Assembly (NCBI GenBank): GCA_045539475.1
Contig: JAZQFJ010000093.1
Span: forward strand, 3,540 to 67,539
Direction of reading: 5' to 3'
Length of the DNA stretch: 64,000 nt
DNA from: Eubacteriales bacterium
Lineage (GTDB): Bacteria; Bacillota; Clostridia; Oscillospirales; JAAYXM01
Positions within the stretch are counted from its first letter, which is position 1; every line of letters starts with the position of its first letter. The notes under the pieces were generated by a model. The model saw only the letters and a list, made by a program, of their open reading frames with translations, had not been told where the DNA came from and did no database searches. Shown piece after piece: positions 27,198-34,653 of the stretch. The position numbers and the translations under genes were made by a program.

Positions 27198-28310
27198 TTG
27201 AGAAAGAAAAACATCACCGTTTTTATCTCTTTTTTTCTTCTTTTCATCTTCGCCGGAGTTATCGTAAAGCATCCGTCCGAAGTCTCGGAGTCCGTGAAGG
27301 ACGCACTTTTTCTTTGCGCCGATTCCGTTATCCCTTCACTGTTTCCGTTTTTTATAATCTCTAATCTCCTGATTTCACTTGACATCGGTTCTTTCTGCGG
27401 AAATCATCTACATAAGATATCAAACCCACTGTTTGGAATACCTGCATCTCTTTCTCCCGCTCTGGCACTCGGACTTATCGGCGGATATCCCATAGGCGCG
27501 ATAACATGTGCAGAAACGTATTCGAAAGGACTTTGCACTAAAGGCGATGCTGAGCGTGCACTTTCCTTTTGCAACAACTGCGGACCTGCATTTATTCTCG
27601 GTGCAATCGGAAATGGCGTCTTTTCATCCGGAAAAGCAGGAGCTGCATTACTTTGCATACATATTTTATCAGCACTTTTCCTTGGATCATTTTTCCGTTT
27701 TTTTCATCCGCTTCCAAAGATGGAAGCGTTTTTTAAGCAACACTTTCCTCACAAAACTCCGGGTGTTGCAAAAACGCTTACATCTGCCGTTGCAAAAGCT
27801 CTTTCTTCCTCTCTTTCAATAAGCGCGTATATCGTGCTTTTTTCAGCTCTGGTAAGGATAATGACAATACTCGGCATATTCCCTTTTATCGGAATTTTAA
27901 CAGAAAAGCTTTTCGGATGCAAGCAAGAAGTCGTAACAGCTTTCATCTCCGGCATTTTTGAAATGACGGTGGGGTCGTTTTCCATTTCCCGTTGCACATC
28001 TCCTTCAACTGCCTTCGTTCTGATTTCTTCTCTTCTCGGCTGGGGCGGACTTTCCGTGCACGCACAAGCACTCAGCTTTATTTCCGACACAGATTTAAGT
28101 GTAAAAAACTATTTTTACGGAAAATTTATGCACGGACTGCTTTCAGGTCTTTTAGCGTACATATATACTCTATTTTCGAACATTTCCACCGTTTCGGTAT
28201 TTTCCGATTATTCTGACACATACAGCGACGTATTCCCGCGCGGTGTGATTCTGATAATTTTATGTTTATTTTACTTTTTTTGCAAAAAAGGGTGGAAAAA
28301 AATCAGATAA
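27198..28310 (+). CDS. ylbJ: Sporulation integral membrane protein YlbJ-like (nucleoside-recognition/Gate domains)
   Basis: TTG start with AAGGAGG 8 nt upstream. Polytopic protein. SLFPFFIISNLL and GLIGGYPIGA are typical of YlbJ. Confidence 0.75.
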   Translation: MRKKNITVFISFFLLFIFAGVIVKHPSEVSESVKDALFLCADSVIPSLFPFFIISNLLISLDIGSFCGNHLHKISNPLFGIPASLSPALALGLIGGYPIGAITCAETYSKGLCTKGDAERALSFCNNCGPAFILGAIGNGVFSSGKAGAALLCIHILSALFLGSFFRFFHPLPKMEAFFKQHFPHKTPGVAKTLTSAVAKALSSSLSISAYIVLFSALVRIMTILGIFPFIGILTEKLFGCKQEVVTAFISGIFEMTVGSFSISRCTSPSTAFVLISSLLGWGGLSVHAQALSFISDTDLSVKNYFYGKFMHGLLSGLLAYIYTLFSNISTVSVFSDYSDTYSDVFPRGVILIILCLFYFFCKKGWKKIR

Positions 28311-28350
28311 TGGTGTATATTATATATATAACATATGAGGATGGGATTTT

Positions 28351-28566
28351 ATGCTTTTTTCAAAAGACATCGAACGGCGCTGTATTGTATGCCGCCACGG
28401 AAAAAAAATAAACGACAATGAAGCTATCTGCAAATATCACGGTGTTGTGTCGCTCGGGCATAAGTGCCGCCGTTTTTCTTATGATGCAACAAAAAGAATT
28501 CCGTCGGAGGACACCCTTCTCTGTGAAAATACTTTTTGTGAAGCGGATTTTTCATTGGATAAGTGA
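28351..28566 (+). CDS. Small Cys-rich protein (CxxC...C...C, zinc-ribbon-like), unknown function
   Basis: 71-aa ORF with a purine-rich RBS (GAGGATGGG). Confidence 0.45.
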   Translation: MLFSKDIERRCIVCRHGKKINDNEAICKYHGVVSLGHKCRRFSYDATKRIPSEDTLLCENTFCEADFSLDK

Positions 28567-28904
28567 ATAAGACGAAAAAGTAAAAGTGGCTGTAGCAAAA
28601 CAGCCCAGACCGCATAAAGTGTAAAAGTGATATTTTTTTGCAGATAACATCGAAAAAGTATATGGTATGAAGTTTGAAAGTAAATTGAAAATTCGGCAGA
28701 AGCCGAATTTGAGGATTTAGTTACACTTTATGCTATAAGCAAATCGGACCTCTCGACGTACTTATGTACTACTTCGGGTCCGATTTGCTCATTCTGCACT
28801 ATTTTTCTAAAGCCCCAAAGGGATTGTAGCAAAATGCATTTCGCTACAATCCCTCTTTTTAATGTTTTTCACTACGCAAACAATTCTGTTCTGCGCAGAT
28901 GTTG

Positions 28905-29279
28905 TTACTGCTTCGTCTGATATTTTTTGGTGCTTCTTAAAACGATTAACCCTACAACCAATATTACAGGGAAAAGCGTAGCTGCAAGTAATCCTGTTTT
29001 AAGATTACCGCCTGCCATTTCGGAAATACTTCCCACCATAGCAGGACTTACCATACCTCCAAAATCACCGGCTAATGCCAGAAATGCAAACATTGCAGTA
29101 CCGCCTTTTGGACAATGCCTGGAGGATATGCTTATAGATCCCGGCCACATAATGCCGACAGCCAAACCGCAAAGTGAACAACCGGCAAGTCCGAGAATCG
29201 GCAAGGAGGACAGCGAAGCTAACAAATAGCAGCAAGCGCACATAATTCCGCAAACAAGCATAACCTTGGTCAAAATCAA
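28905..29279 (-). pseudogene. MFS transporter C-terminal fragment (about 4 TM), N-terminal two thirds missing
   Basis: The 124-aa ORF looks like the last helices of an MFS protein (GLAVGIMWPG...LALAGDFGGMVSPAMVG). There is no RBS and no upstream coding sequence in 29280-29400. Confidence 0.55.
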
Positions 29280-29402
29280 TCAATCTATTTTAAGAAAAAC
29301 GTGTGGTATTATTGAACTTGTTGCCGTATAATTAGAAGAAAATGTTCTGATTTTAAGCAAAACAGAGCATGATTAATATGATTTTCAGTCAATGTAAAAA
29401 TT

Positions 29403-30242
29403 TTACTTTTTAAAAAATGCCACAACAACAGCACCGGGACCGACGTGCGTGCCGATAACACTGCCGATAGTTGTATAACGGACTTCATTAAGATTGTTTT
29501 CCCAGATATGCCGGCTGTCCTCGATATATTTCTTCAACAGCGCATCCGAAATTCCGCTGTAACCGAGCAATACCGGTTTGTCAAAATCAATACCGCCGGC
29601 TTTATCCATTTCCTGAACGAGCAAATTGTTCCCCATTTTGGAGCCACGCGCCTTGCCGAGCATATTGATTTCGCCGTCTGTAACAGAAAGAACGGGCTTG
29701 AGATTAAGCATACTGCCGGCAAATGCCACAGTCTTGGAAATACGGCCGCCGCGTTTAAGATATTCAAGCGTATCAACCAGGGCAACAATGATGATTTTTT
29801 TCTTTTCTTCTTCCAATATTTGTGCAATTTCTTTTGCGCTCTTTCCTTCGTCGAGCAATCTCAGAGCCAGCTCTGCTAAAATGCCGCTGCCCGTTGCCGC
29901 GCTGGCGCTGTCCACTACATACACATTCTCATAATCTGCCGCCGCAATGGTGGCGCTTTGATATGTACCGGAAAATTTTGAAGCAAGGGTAATTACCACT
30001 GCTGCTTCACCGGCCTCTTTTGCCTTTTCAATCTCTTTTATAAAGGCCTCGGGTGTTGCCTGGCTTGTAGTGGGAAGAGTGTCGTTCTCAATCAGCTTCT
30101 CATAAAAAGTTTTATGATCTATCGTTATACCGTCAATGTATTCTTCGCGGCCAAAGCTAACGGTAAGAGGAACAATATGTACGCGTTCCTTGATTTCCGG
30201 TACTAAATCTACTGTAGAATCCACAATAATTCTTGTTTTCAT
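29403..30242 (-). CDS. DegV family fatty-acid-binding protein
   Basis: IIVDSTVDL start, TSQATP and KFSGTYQSA motifs. 279 aa. Confidence 0.9.
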   Translation of the reverse strand: MKTRIIVDSTVDLVPEIKERVHIVPLTVSFGREEYIDGITIDHKTFYEKLIENDTLPTTSQATPEAFIKEIEKAKEAGEAAVVITLASKFSGTYQSATIAAADYENVYVVDSASAATGSGILAELALRLLDEGKSAKEIAQILEEEKKKIIIVALVDTLEYLKRGGRISKTVAFAGSMLNLKPVLSVTDGEINMLGKARGSKMGNNLLVQEMDKAGGIDFDKPVLLGYSGISDALLKKYIEDSRHIWENNLNEVRYTTIGSVIGTHVGPGAVVVAFFKK

Positions 30243-30270
30243 TTTTCAATTCCTTTCGTAAAAAACATAT

Positions 30271-30723
30271 TTATTTCTTATTTTCAGAATTCTTCAAAAC
30301 AGCGTCCAGACTTTCGCTTATAACAGCAAGACTTTTATAGAACGCCACTCTCTCTTCTTCGGAAAGACTTCCACTGATTGTATCTAAAACGCCATTGATT
30401 TTATCAGCAATTTTTTCTCCGACCTCATTGCCTTTATCGGTAAGGATAAGCGGGCTCTTATACCGCTTAGCGCTTTTTGATTCACAAATCAGATATTCAT
30501 TGGTTTCAAGATAATCAAGTGCGCGGGAAATGGTTGCTTTGTCTTCCTCGCAGTGTTCGCAAAGCTCGGTAGCTGTTGCGCCTTTGTTTGTGTAAAGATA
30601 ATACAGGCAGGAAATATGAGCGCTTCGTAAGCTGTATTCTGCCATTTCCTGATTTTTAATCTTTCGGATGTTCCGGCTTATTCTGTTAATCAAAACCGTA
30701 AATGTTTCAAATCTGTTTTGCAT
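30271..30723 (-). CDS. MarR family transcriptional regulator
   Basis: 150 aa. Winged HTH (ATELCEHCEEDKATISRALDYLETNEYL). Apparently co-transcribed with degV. Confidence 0.85.
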   Translation of the reverse strand: MQNRFETFTVLINRISRNIRKIKNQEMAEYSLRSAHISCLYYLYTNKGATATELCEHCEEDKATISRALDYLETNEYLICESKSAKRYKSPLILTDKGNEVGEKIADKINGVLDTISGSLSEEERVAFYKSLAVISESLDAVLKNSENKK

Positions 30724-30740
30724 TTTCTTACCTCCGCATT

Positions 30741-30762
30741 ACTTGTTGATATCTCAACAAGT
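30741..30762. promoter_or_regulatory. Operator 1: perfect palindrome ACTTGTTGA-TATC-TCAACAAGT
   Basis: Read directly. Lies between the predicted -10 and the marR start codon. Confidence 0.55.
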
Positions 30763-30766
30763 GAAA

Positions 30767-30795
30767 AGTATAGCACATACTTGTTGAAATGTCAA
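30767..30795 (-). promoter_or_regulatory. marR-degV promoter (TTGACA-17-TATACT on the minus strand)
   Basis: -35 at 30795-30790 and -10 at 30772-30767. The -35 is embedded in operator 2. Confidence 0.6.
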
Positions 30796-30800
30796 CAAGT
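30779..30800. promoter_or_regulatory. Operator 2: palindrome ACTTGTTGA-AATG-TCAACAAGT
   Basis: Second copy of the 9-bp arms, 38 bp from operator 1, overlapping the -35. Confidence 0.55.
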
Positions 30801-30877
30801 TTTTGTAGGCTTGTTTTCCTGAAATTTCATTTGTCATTGGGATTCAAGAAAGGGCAAAAAAAATTTTAAAAAAACAC

Positions 30878-30906
30878 TTGACAAATGCAATTGTTTTTGA
30901 TACAAT
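30878..30906 (+). promoter_or_regulatory. tRNA operon promoter (TTGACA-17-TACAAT)
   Basis: Consensus hexamers about 19 nt upstream of tRNA-Thr. Confidence 0.6.
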
Positions 30907-30924
30907 TAATAGGCTGTTACGAAT

Positions 30925-31000
30925 GCTGGTATAGCTCAATTGGCAGAGCAGCTGATTTGTAATCAGCAGGTTGTAGGTTCAAGTCCTATTACCAGCTCCA
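30925..31000 (+). tRNA. tRNA-Thr (anticodon UGU), CCA encoded
   Basis: Hand-folded cloverleaf: acceptor GCTGGTA/TACCAGC, anticodon loop TTTGTAA, T arm GTAGG-TTCAAGT-CCTAT. 76 nt. Confidence 0.93.
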
Positions 31001-31008
31001 GCTTATAT

Positions 31009-31094
31009 GGAGGAGTTCCCGAGTGGCCAAAGGGGGCAGACTGTAAATCTGTTGTCTTTCGACTTCGGTGGTCCGAATCCACCCTCCTCCACCA
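31009..31094 (+). tRNA. tRNA-Tyr (anticodon GUA), long variable arm, CCA encoded
   Basis: Acceptor GGAGGAG/CTCCTCC, anticodon loop CTGTAAA, T arm GGTGG-TCCGAAT-CCACC. 86 nt. Confidence 0.93.
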
Positions 31095-31102
31095 AACAAA
31101 AG

Positions 31103-31136
31103 CGACTGTCGTGTCCCGACAGTCGTTTTTGTTTTT
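31103..31136 (+). terminator. Rho-independent terminator after the tRNA pair
   Basis: CGACTGTCG-N5-CGACAGTCG followed by TTTTTGTTTTT. Confidence 0.7.
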
Positions 31137-31226
31137 GGCAAAGAAGGGTGAGATGAGGACAGCGACGGTTGCCCGCAGGGAAATAAAACAATCCGGTGGA
31201 TTGTTTTATAGGAGCGCGGACCCGTA

Positions 31227-31245
31227 AATCCACCCTCCTCCACCA
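31227..31245 (+). repeat. 19-nt perfect direct repeat of the tRNA-Tyr 3-prime end (AATCCACCCTCCTCCACCA; other copy at 31076-31094)
   Basis: Read directly. There is no cloverleaf upstream of the second copy. Confidence 0.8.
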
Positions 31246-31246
31246 G

Positions 31247-31285
31247 AAAAAGACCTTAGCTTTAATGAAAGCTAAGGTCTTTTTC
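31247..31285 (+). terminator. Rho-independent terminator
   Basis: AAAAAGACCTTAGC-N10-GCTAAGGTCTTTTT. Confidence 0.7.
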
Positions 31286-31286
31286 A

Positions 31287-31454
31287 ATGAAATTCGCCTT
31301 TCGGCGAGTGAAATAGCTTCGCTATGAAATACGTTGCACGTATGAAATATTTGCTTCGCAAATGTTTAAGAGGCGAATTTTATTTCACTTTCTGTGGTAG
31401 CAGAAAATTTCATAATCCGTAAGGATTATTTCATATTGCGCAGCAATATTTCAT
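31287..31454. repeat. Symmetric array: 4 x (A/G)TGAAAT then 4 x ATTTCA(T/C), interleaved with six different mini-palindromes
   Basis: Forward heptamers start at 31287, 31308, 31324 and 31342. Reverse heptamers start at 31382, 31407, 31428 and 31448. Confidence 0.6.
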
Positions 31455-31493
31455 TGAATATGTTATTTTGATATCAAAGTTAGCAGCTTTTTC

Positions 31494-31522
31494 TTGCAAT
31501 TTTCCGCCTGATATGGTAAAAT
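31494..31522 (+). promoter_or_regulatory. Promoter TTGCAA-17-TAAAAT with TGG extended -10
   Basis: Read directly. About 190 nt upstream of the small CDS at 31716. Confidence 0.55.
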
Positions 31523-31666
31523 AAAATTGCGACACAACTGAATATTAACCATATGTATATTACAAGTATGTATTCTTTTACCTTTTGGTAAAAATGCATA
31601 CTCTATTTTCGCATGCTTGTAGCATATGGGAAGTTGTGTCGCAGCAATCGGAGATATGCATTTTTC

Positions 31667-31698
31667 GTGCGTAGCTTCGGCTGCGCACTTTTTATTTG
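31667..31698 (+). terminator. Leader terminator/attenuator hairpin immediately upstream of the RBS
   Basis: GTGCGTAGC-TTCG-GCTGCGCAC followed by TTTTTATTT. AGGAGG begins 5 nt later. Confidence 0.5.
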
Positions 31699-31715
31699 CA
31701 ACAGGAGGTGGGAAC

Positions 31716-31979
31716 ATGTTTCTTTCCGAATTGTGGAATACGGATTTATTTGAAAACCGTAACGAAAGAGCCCGGGAAATGCACGATGCAGTGAAAAAAA
31801 CGGAGACGAGCTTAAATAAACTAATCTCGACTCTCAATGCAGAACAACGTGCGCTGCTGGAAGAATATGAAGAAAACATAAATGCGTTAAGCGGATTTTC
31901 TTCTGAAAAAGCGTTTGAAAAGGGAATACGCTTTGCAACAAAATTTTTACTGGATGCGTTGGCAGAACCCACAATATAG
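31716..31979 (+). CDS. Small helical protein (87 aa), resembles the DUF6809-type proteins of Firmicute mobile elements
   Basis: AGGAGGTGGGAAC-ATG. Pattern LxELWxxxL...EYEENINALSGFSSEKAFEKGIRFATKFLLDAL. The track ORF starts upstream at 31626, which is unlikely. Confidence 0.6.
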   Translation: MFLSELWNTDLFENRNERAREMHDAVKKTETSLNKLISTLNAEQRALLEEYEENINALSGFSSEKAFEKGIRFATKFLLDALAEPTI

Positions 31980-32008
31980 CAGATTTTTATTGATGCACAG
32001 AAGAACAT

Positions 32009-32054
32009 AAAATGCGGAACGACATTTGATATCGTTCCGCATTTTATTATTTTT
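32009..32054. terminator. Bidirectional terminator
   Basis: AAAATGCGGAACGA-N9-TCGTTCCGCATTTT between convergent genes. Confidence 0.7.
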
Positions 32055-32060
32055 AGTTTT

Positions 32061-32783
32061 TTACAGCACTTTGCCGAGGAATGCGCGAAGGCGCGGGGAC
32101 TTTGGATTTCCGAAAAGCTCGTCGGGTGTGCCTTGTTCGGCGATAACGCCCTCGTCCATAAAGAGAACGCGCGTTGCAACCTCGCGGGCAAAGCCCATTT
32201 CGTGGGTAACAACTACCATCGTCATTCCCTCATCAGCAAGCTCACGCATAATTTCAAGAACCTCGCCGACCATTTCAGGGTCAAGTGCCGATGTCGGCTC
32301 GTCGAAGAGCATTACATCCGGATTCATGGCAAGTGCGCGTGCGATTGCTATTCTCTGTTGCTGACCGCCGGAAAGCTGACCGGGATATGCGTCTGCTTTT
32401 TCGGGAAGACCGACGCGGGAAAGAAGCGCAAGCGCTTTTTCCTCTGCTTCAGCTTCCGTCATAAGCTTCAGCTTTACCGGTGCGAGCTTTATGTTCTCCT
32501 TTACCGTCATATGAGGAAACAGGTTAAACTGCTGGAAAACCATTCCCATCTTCTGACGGAGCTTGTTTATATCGTTTTTCGGATTGGTGATGTCCGTACC
32601 TTCAAAGAAAATCTGACCGCCCGTCGGCTGTTCAAGAAGGTTCAGACAGCGGAGAAAGGTAGACTTTCCCGAGCCGGACGCGCCGATGATAACGACCTTT
32701 TCACCTTTTTTGATATGCTCGTCGATGCCACAGAGAACCTCGTGGTCGCCGAACGATTTTTTCAGTCCTTTAACGTTTATCAC
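32061..32783 (-). CDS. Polar amino acid ABC transporter ATP-binding protein (GlnQ-like)
   Basis: Walker [25 protein letters not shown], Walker [15 protein letters not shown] start 32783 after AGGAGG. Confidence 0.9.
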   Translation of the reverse strand: MINVKGLKKSFGDHEVLCGIDEHIKKGEKVVIIGASGSGKSTFLRCLNLLEQPTGGQIFFEGTDITNPKNDINKLRQKMGMVFQQFNLFPHMTVKENIKLAPVKLKLMTEAEAEEKALALLSRVGLPEKADAYPGQLSGGQQQRIAIARALAMNPDVMLFDEPTSALDPEMVGEVLEIMRELADEGMTMVVVTHEMGFAREVATRVLFMDEGVIAEQGTPDELFGNPKSPRLRAFLGKVL

Positions 32784-33552
32784 TTTCGCGCAGCCTCCTT
32801 TCAAGTATTCCGAGAAGCTTGGTAAGAATCATAACAAGAACGAGATAAATGAGAGCAAGGCTTATGTACGGGATTGTTGCCGTGTAGGTCTTGCTGACTA
32901 TTACCTGTGCCGCTTTTGTCACGTCCTGAAGCGCGATAACGGTGACGAGCGAGGTCTCTTTAAGGAGCGCGATAAGCTCGTTGCCGAGCGCGGGGAGAAT
33001 ATTCTTAAACGCCTGAGGGATGATTATGTAGCTCATAGTCTGGCGATAGTTAAGACCAAGGCTTCGCCCTGCTTCCATCTGACCTGCCGAGATTGACATA
33101 ATTCCGGAACGCGCGATTTCCGCAACATACGCACCGGAGTTTATGCCAAGTGTTATAATAGCGCAGACGTTTGTGTCAAACGTGCTTTTCGGTACCATTA
33201 TGACAAAGCCCATAATAAGAAGCTGAACCATAAGCGGAGTACCGCGGAGCACGGTGACGTAAATTTTGCATATTGAGTTTATAATGCGGAGAAAAATGTT
33301 CGGTTTTCCGCGTGAGCTGTCATGAGTAGAGCGGATTATCGCAACAACCATACCGATGATAACACCGAGAATGAGTGCGCCGATTGTTACGACAAACGTA
33401 GTGATAAGGCCGTCGGTGAAAAACTTCCAGCGATTTTCAAAAACGAAAACCTGGAAGAACTGAAAGCACAGGCGCTGCAGACTCTCGGGGAGAGCGAGTA
33501 TCCAGCCCGGTGCCATCTCCGCTGCCCATTTGGCAAATGTTAAAACATTCAT
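32770..33552 (-). CDS. Polar amino acid ABC transporter permease (His/Glu/Gln/Arg family)
   Basis: EAA-like loop [26 protein letters not shown]. Confidence 0.9.
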   Translation of the reverse strand: MNVLTFAKWAAEMAPGWILALPESLQRLCFQFFQVFVFENRWKFFTDGLITTFVVTIGALILGVIIGMVVAIIRSTHDSSRGKPNIFLRIINSICKIYVTVLRGTPLMVQLLIMGFVIMVPKSTFDTNVCAIITLGINSGAYVAEIARSGIMSISAGQMEAGRSLGLNYRQTMSYIIIPQAFKNILPALGNELIALLKETSLVTVIALQDVTKAAQVIVSKTYTATIPYISLALIYLVLVMILTKLLGILERRLRESDKR

Positions 33553-33578
33553 TTTGTGTTATTCCTTCTTTTTAGTGA

Positions 33579-33641
33579 TATACCTCCCCGCAAGGGGGAG
33601 GTATAAATACTTTTTAAAATACTTCTCCCTCGCGGAGGGAG
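33579..33641 (-). other. Two GC-rich intercistronic hairpins between the binding-protein and permease genes
   Basis: TATACCTCCCC/GGGGAGGTATA (33579-33605) and CTCCCTC-GCG-GAGGGAG (33625-33641). This position is typical of partial terminators or stabilisers that raise SBP stoichiometry. Confidence 0.5.
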
Positions 33642-33653
33642 CATTATTTTAGC

Positions 33654-34409
33654 TTACTCTGCCTTGATGTACTTGCCGATGATTTCGTCGATCTTGCCCT
33701 CTGCCTTAAGCTCGGAAAGCGCAGTGTTGAACTTATCAAGAAGCTCTGTGTTTTCCTTTGCGATAGCAGCAGCATAATCTTCAACTGCAAACTCAGTGTC
33801 AAGAATCTTAAGGCCTTCGTTTGCTTCGACAAATGCCTTTGCCGGCTCATTGTCGATAACAACGCAGTCTACCTGACCGTTAAGAAGTGCCTGAACAGCG
33901 AGAGCGCCGTTGTCATAGCGGGAAACAGCATCTTCGCCGTAGCCGCCGTTCTCCGGTGTGTCGGAGCAGTAGATATCGCCAGTTGTGCCGGACTGAACGC
34001 CGATCTTCTTGCCTTCAAGGTCATCAATGGAAGCGATAGCGCTGTCCTCTGTAACGATAACGACCTGAATGCCGGTAGCGTAAGAGTCGGAGAAGTTTAC
34101 TGCCTCTTTGCGCTCTTCGGTAACTGTCATACCTGCGAGAGCAACGTCGATTGCGCCGGAGGAAACAGCAGTGATAAGAGAATCAAAAGCCATATCCTTA
34201 ATCTCAAGCTCCATACCGAGCTTTTCTGCAACAGCAGCAGCGATTTCAGCATCAATACCGATGATGTTGTTGTTTTCGTCAACCATTTCATACGGCGGGA
34301 ATGCTGCGTTTGTTCCCATGGTGAGAACTTCTTTTTCTGCGGGGGCGGAGCAAGCTGCAAATGCAAGAACCATAACAGCTGCAAGTGTAAGTGCCAAAAC
34401 CTTTTTCAT
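33654..34409 (-). CDS. Polar amino acid ABC transporter substrate-binding lipoprotein
   Basis: MKKVLALTLAAVMVLAFAAC signal/lipobox and a family-3 SBP body (GIDAEIAAAVAEKLGMELE). Confidence 0.88.
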   Translation of the reverse strand: MKKVLALTLAAVMVLAFAACSAPAEKEVLTMGTNAAFPPYEMVDENNNIIGIDAEIAAAVAEKLGMELEIKDMAFDSLITAVSSGAIDVALAGMTVTEERKEAVNFSDSYATGIQVVIVTEDSAIASIDDLEGKKIGVQSGTTGDIYCSDTPENGGYGEDAVSRYDNGALAVQALLNGQVDCVVIDNEPAKAFVEANEGLKILDTEFAVEDYAAAIAKENTELLDKFNTALSELKAEGKIDEIIGKYIKAE

Positions 34410-34474
34410 TATTGTGAAACCTCCCATAATTTGTTGTAAAGATGCGGCGGTGCGCCGCAAGGCTTTGTACAATA

Positions 34475-34503
34475 ATTATACATATTATATGGGGGTTTGT
34501 CAA
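34475..34503 (-). promoter_or_regulatory. Promoter of the amino acid ABC operon (TTGACA-17-TATAAT on the minus strand)
   Basis: Consensus hexamers at 34503-34498 and 34480-34475. Confidence 0.55.
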
Positions 34504-34531
34504 TAAAAAGAGAGTTAAAAAAGGAAAAGAA

Positions 34532-34642
34532 TCAAAAATGAATACAAATAAGCACACCGAGAAGCGCAAGCATCACAATTATTGCCGCATCAAGAAGGCG
34601 GACGCCGACCGATACATTCGCGTAAGGATTTATTTTCCGCAT
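34532..34642 (-). CDS. Candidate 36-aa single-TM micro-protein downstream of mglC
   Basis: MRKINPYANVSVGVRLLDAAIIVMLALLGVLICIHF. GGTGAGG lies 4 nt before the ATG, which sits 11 nt after the mglC stop. Below the ORF-track size cutoff. Confidence 0.35.
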   Translation of the reverse strand: MRKINPYANVSVGVRLLDAAIIVMLALLGVLICIHF

Positions 34643-34653
34643 TGTTCCTCACC

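Noticed and set aside
31141-31245. Possibility that the segment ending in ...CCACCCTCCTCCACCA is a complete extra tRNA, a tmRNA or a tRNA-like RNA
   Set aside because: I could not fold a D arm, anticodon arm or T arm upstream. Only a weak 7/8 match to the acceptor strand (GAAGGGTG at 31143-31150) exists, and the segment is far too short for tmRNA. It is kept only as a repeat or scar.
30940-31287. ORFs of 84-95 aa on both strands overlapping the tRNA genes
   Set aside because: They run straight through tRNA-Thr, tRNA-Tyr and two terminators and have no RBS. They are artefacts.
31287-31454. CRISPR array interpretation of the heptamer/palindrome array (also considered for 35750-35810 and 50911-51062)
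   Set aside because: The repeats are only 7 nt (or two copies of 86 bp), the spacers are 9-15 nt and palindromic, and there are no cas genes. This does not match CRISPR geometry.
31528-31715. Assigning the structured leader to a known riboswitch or T-box class
   Set aside because: No T-box sequence, specifier/antiterminator signature or other conserved core that I can recognise is present. It is reported only as an unclassified leader.
31463-32212. 249-aa minus-strand ORF, the largest ORF in the tRNA-proximal region
   Set aside because: It overlaps the 3-prime end of the glnQ-like gene, a bidirectional terminator and the better-supported plus-strand 87-aa gene. It has no RBS, and its translation is low-complexity and unlike any protein family I recognise.
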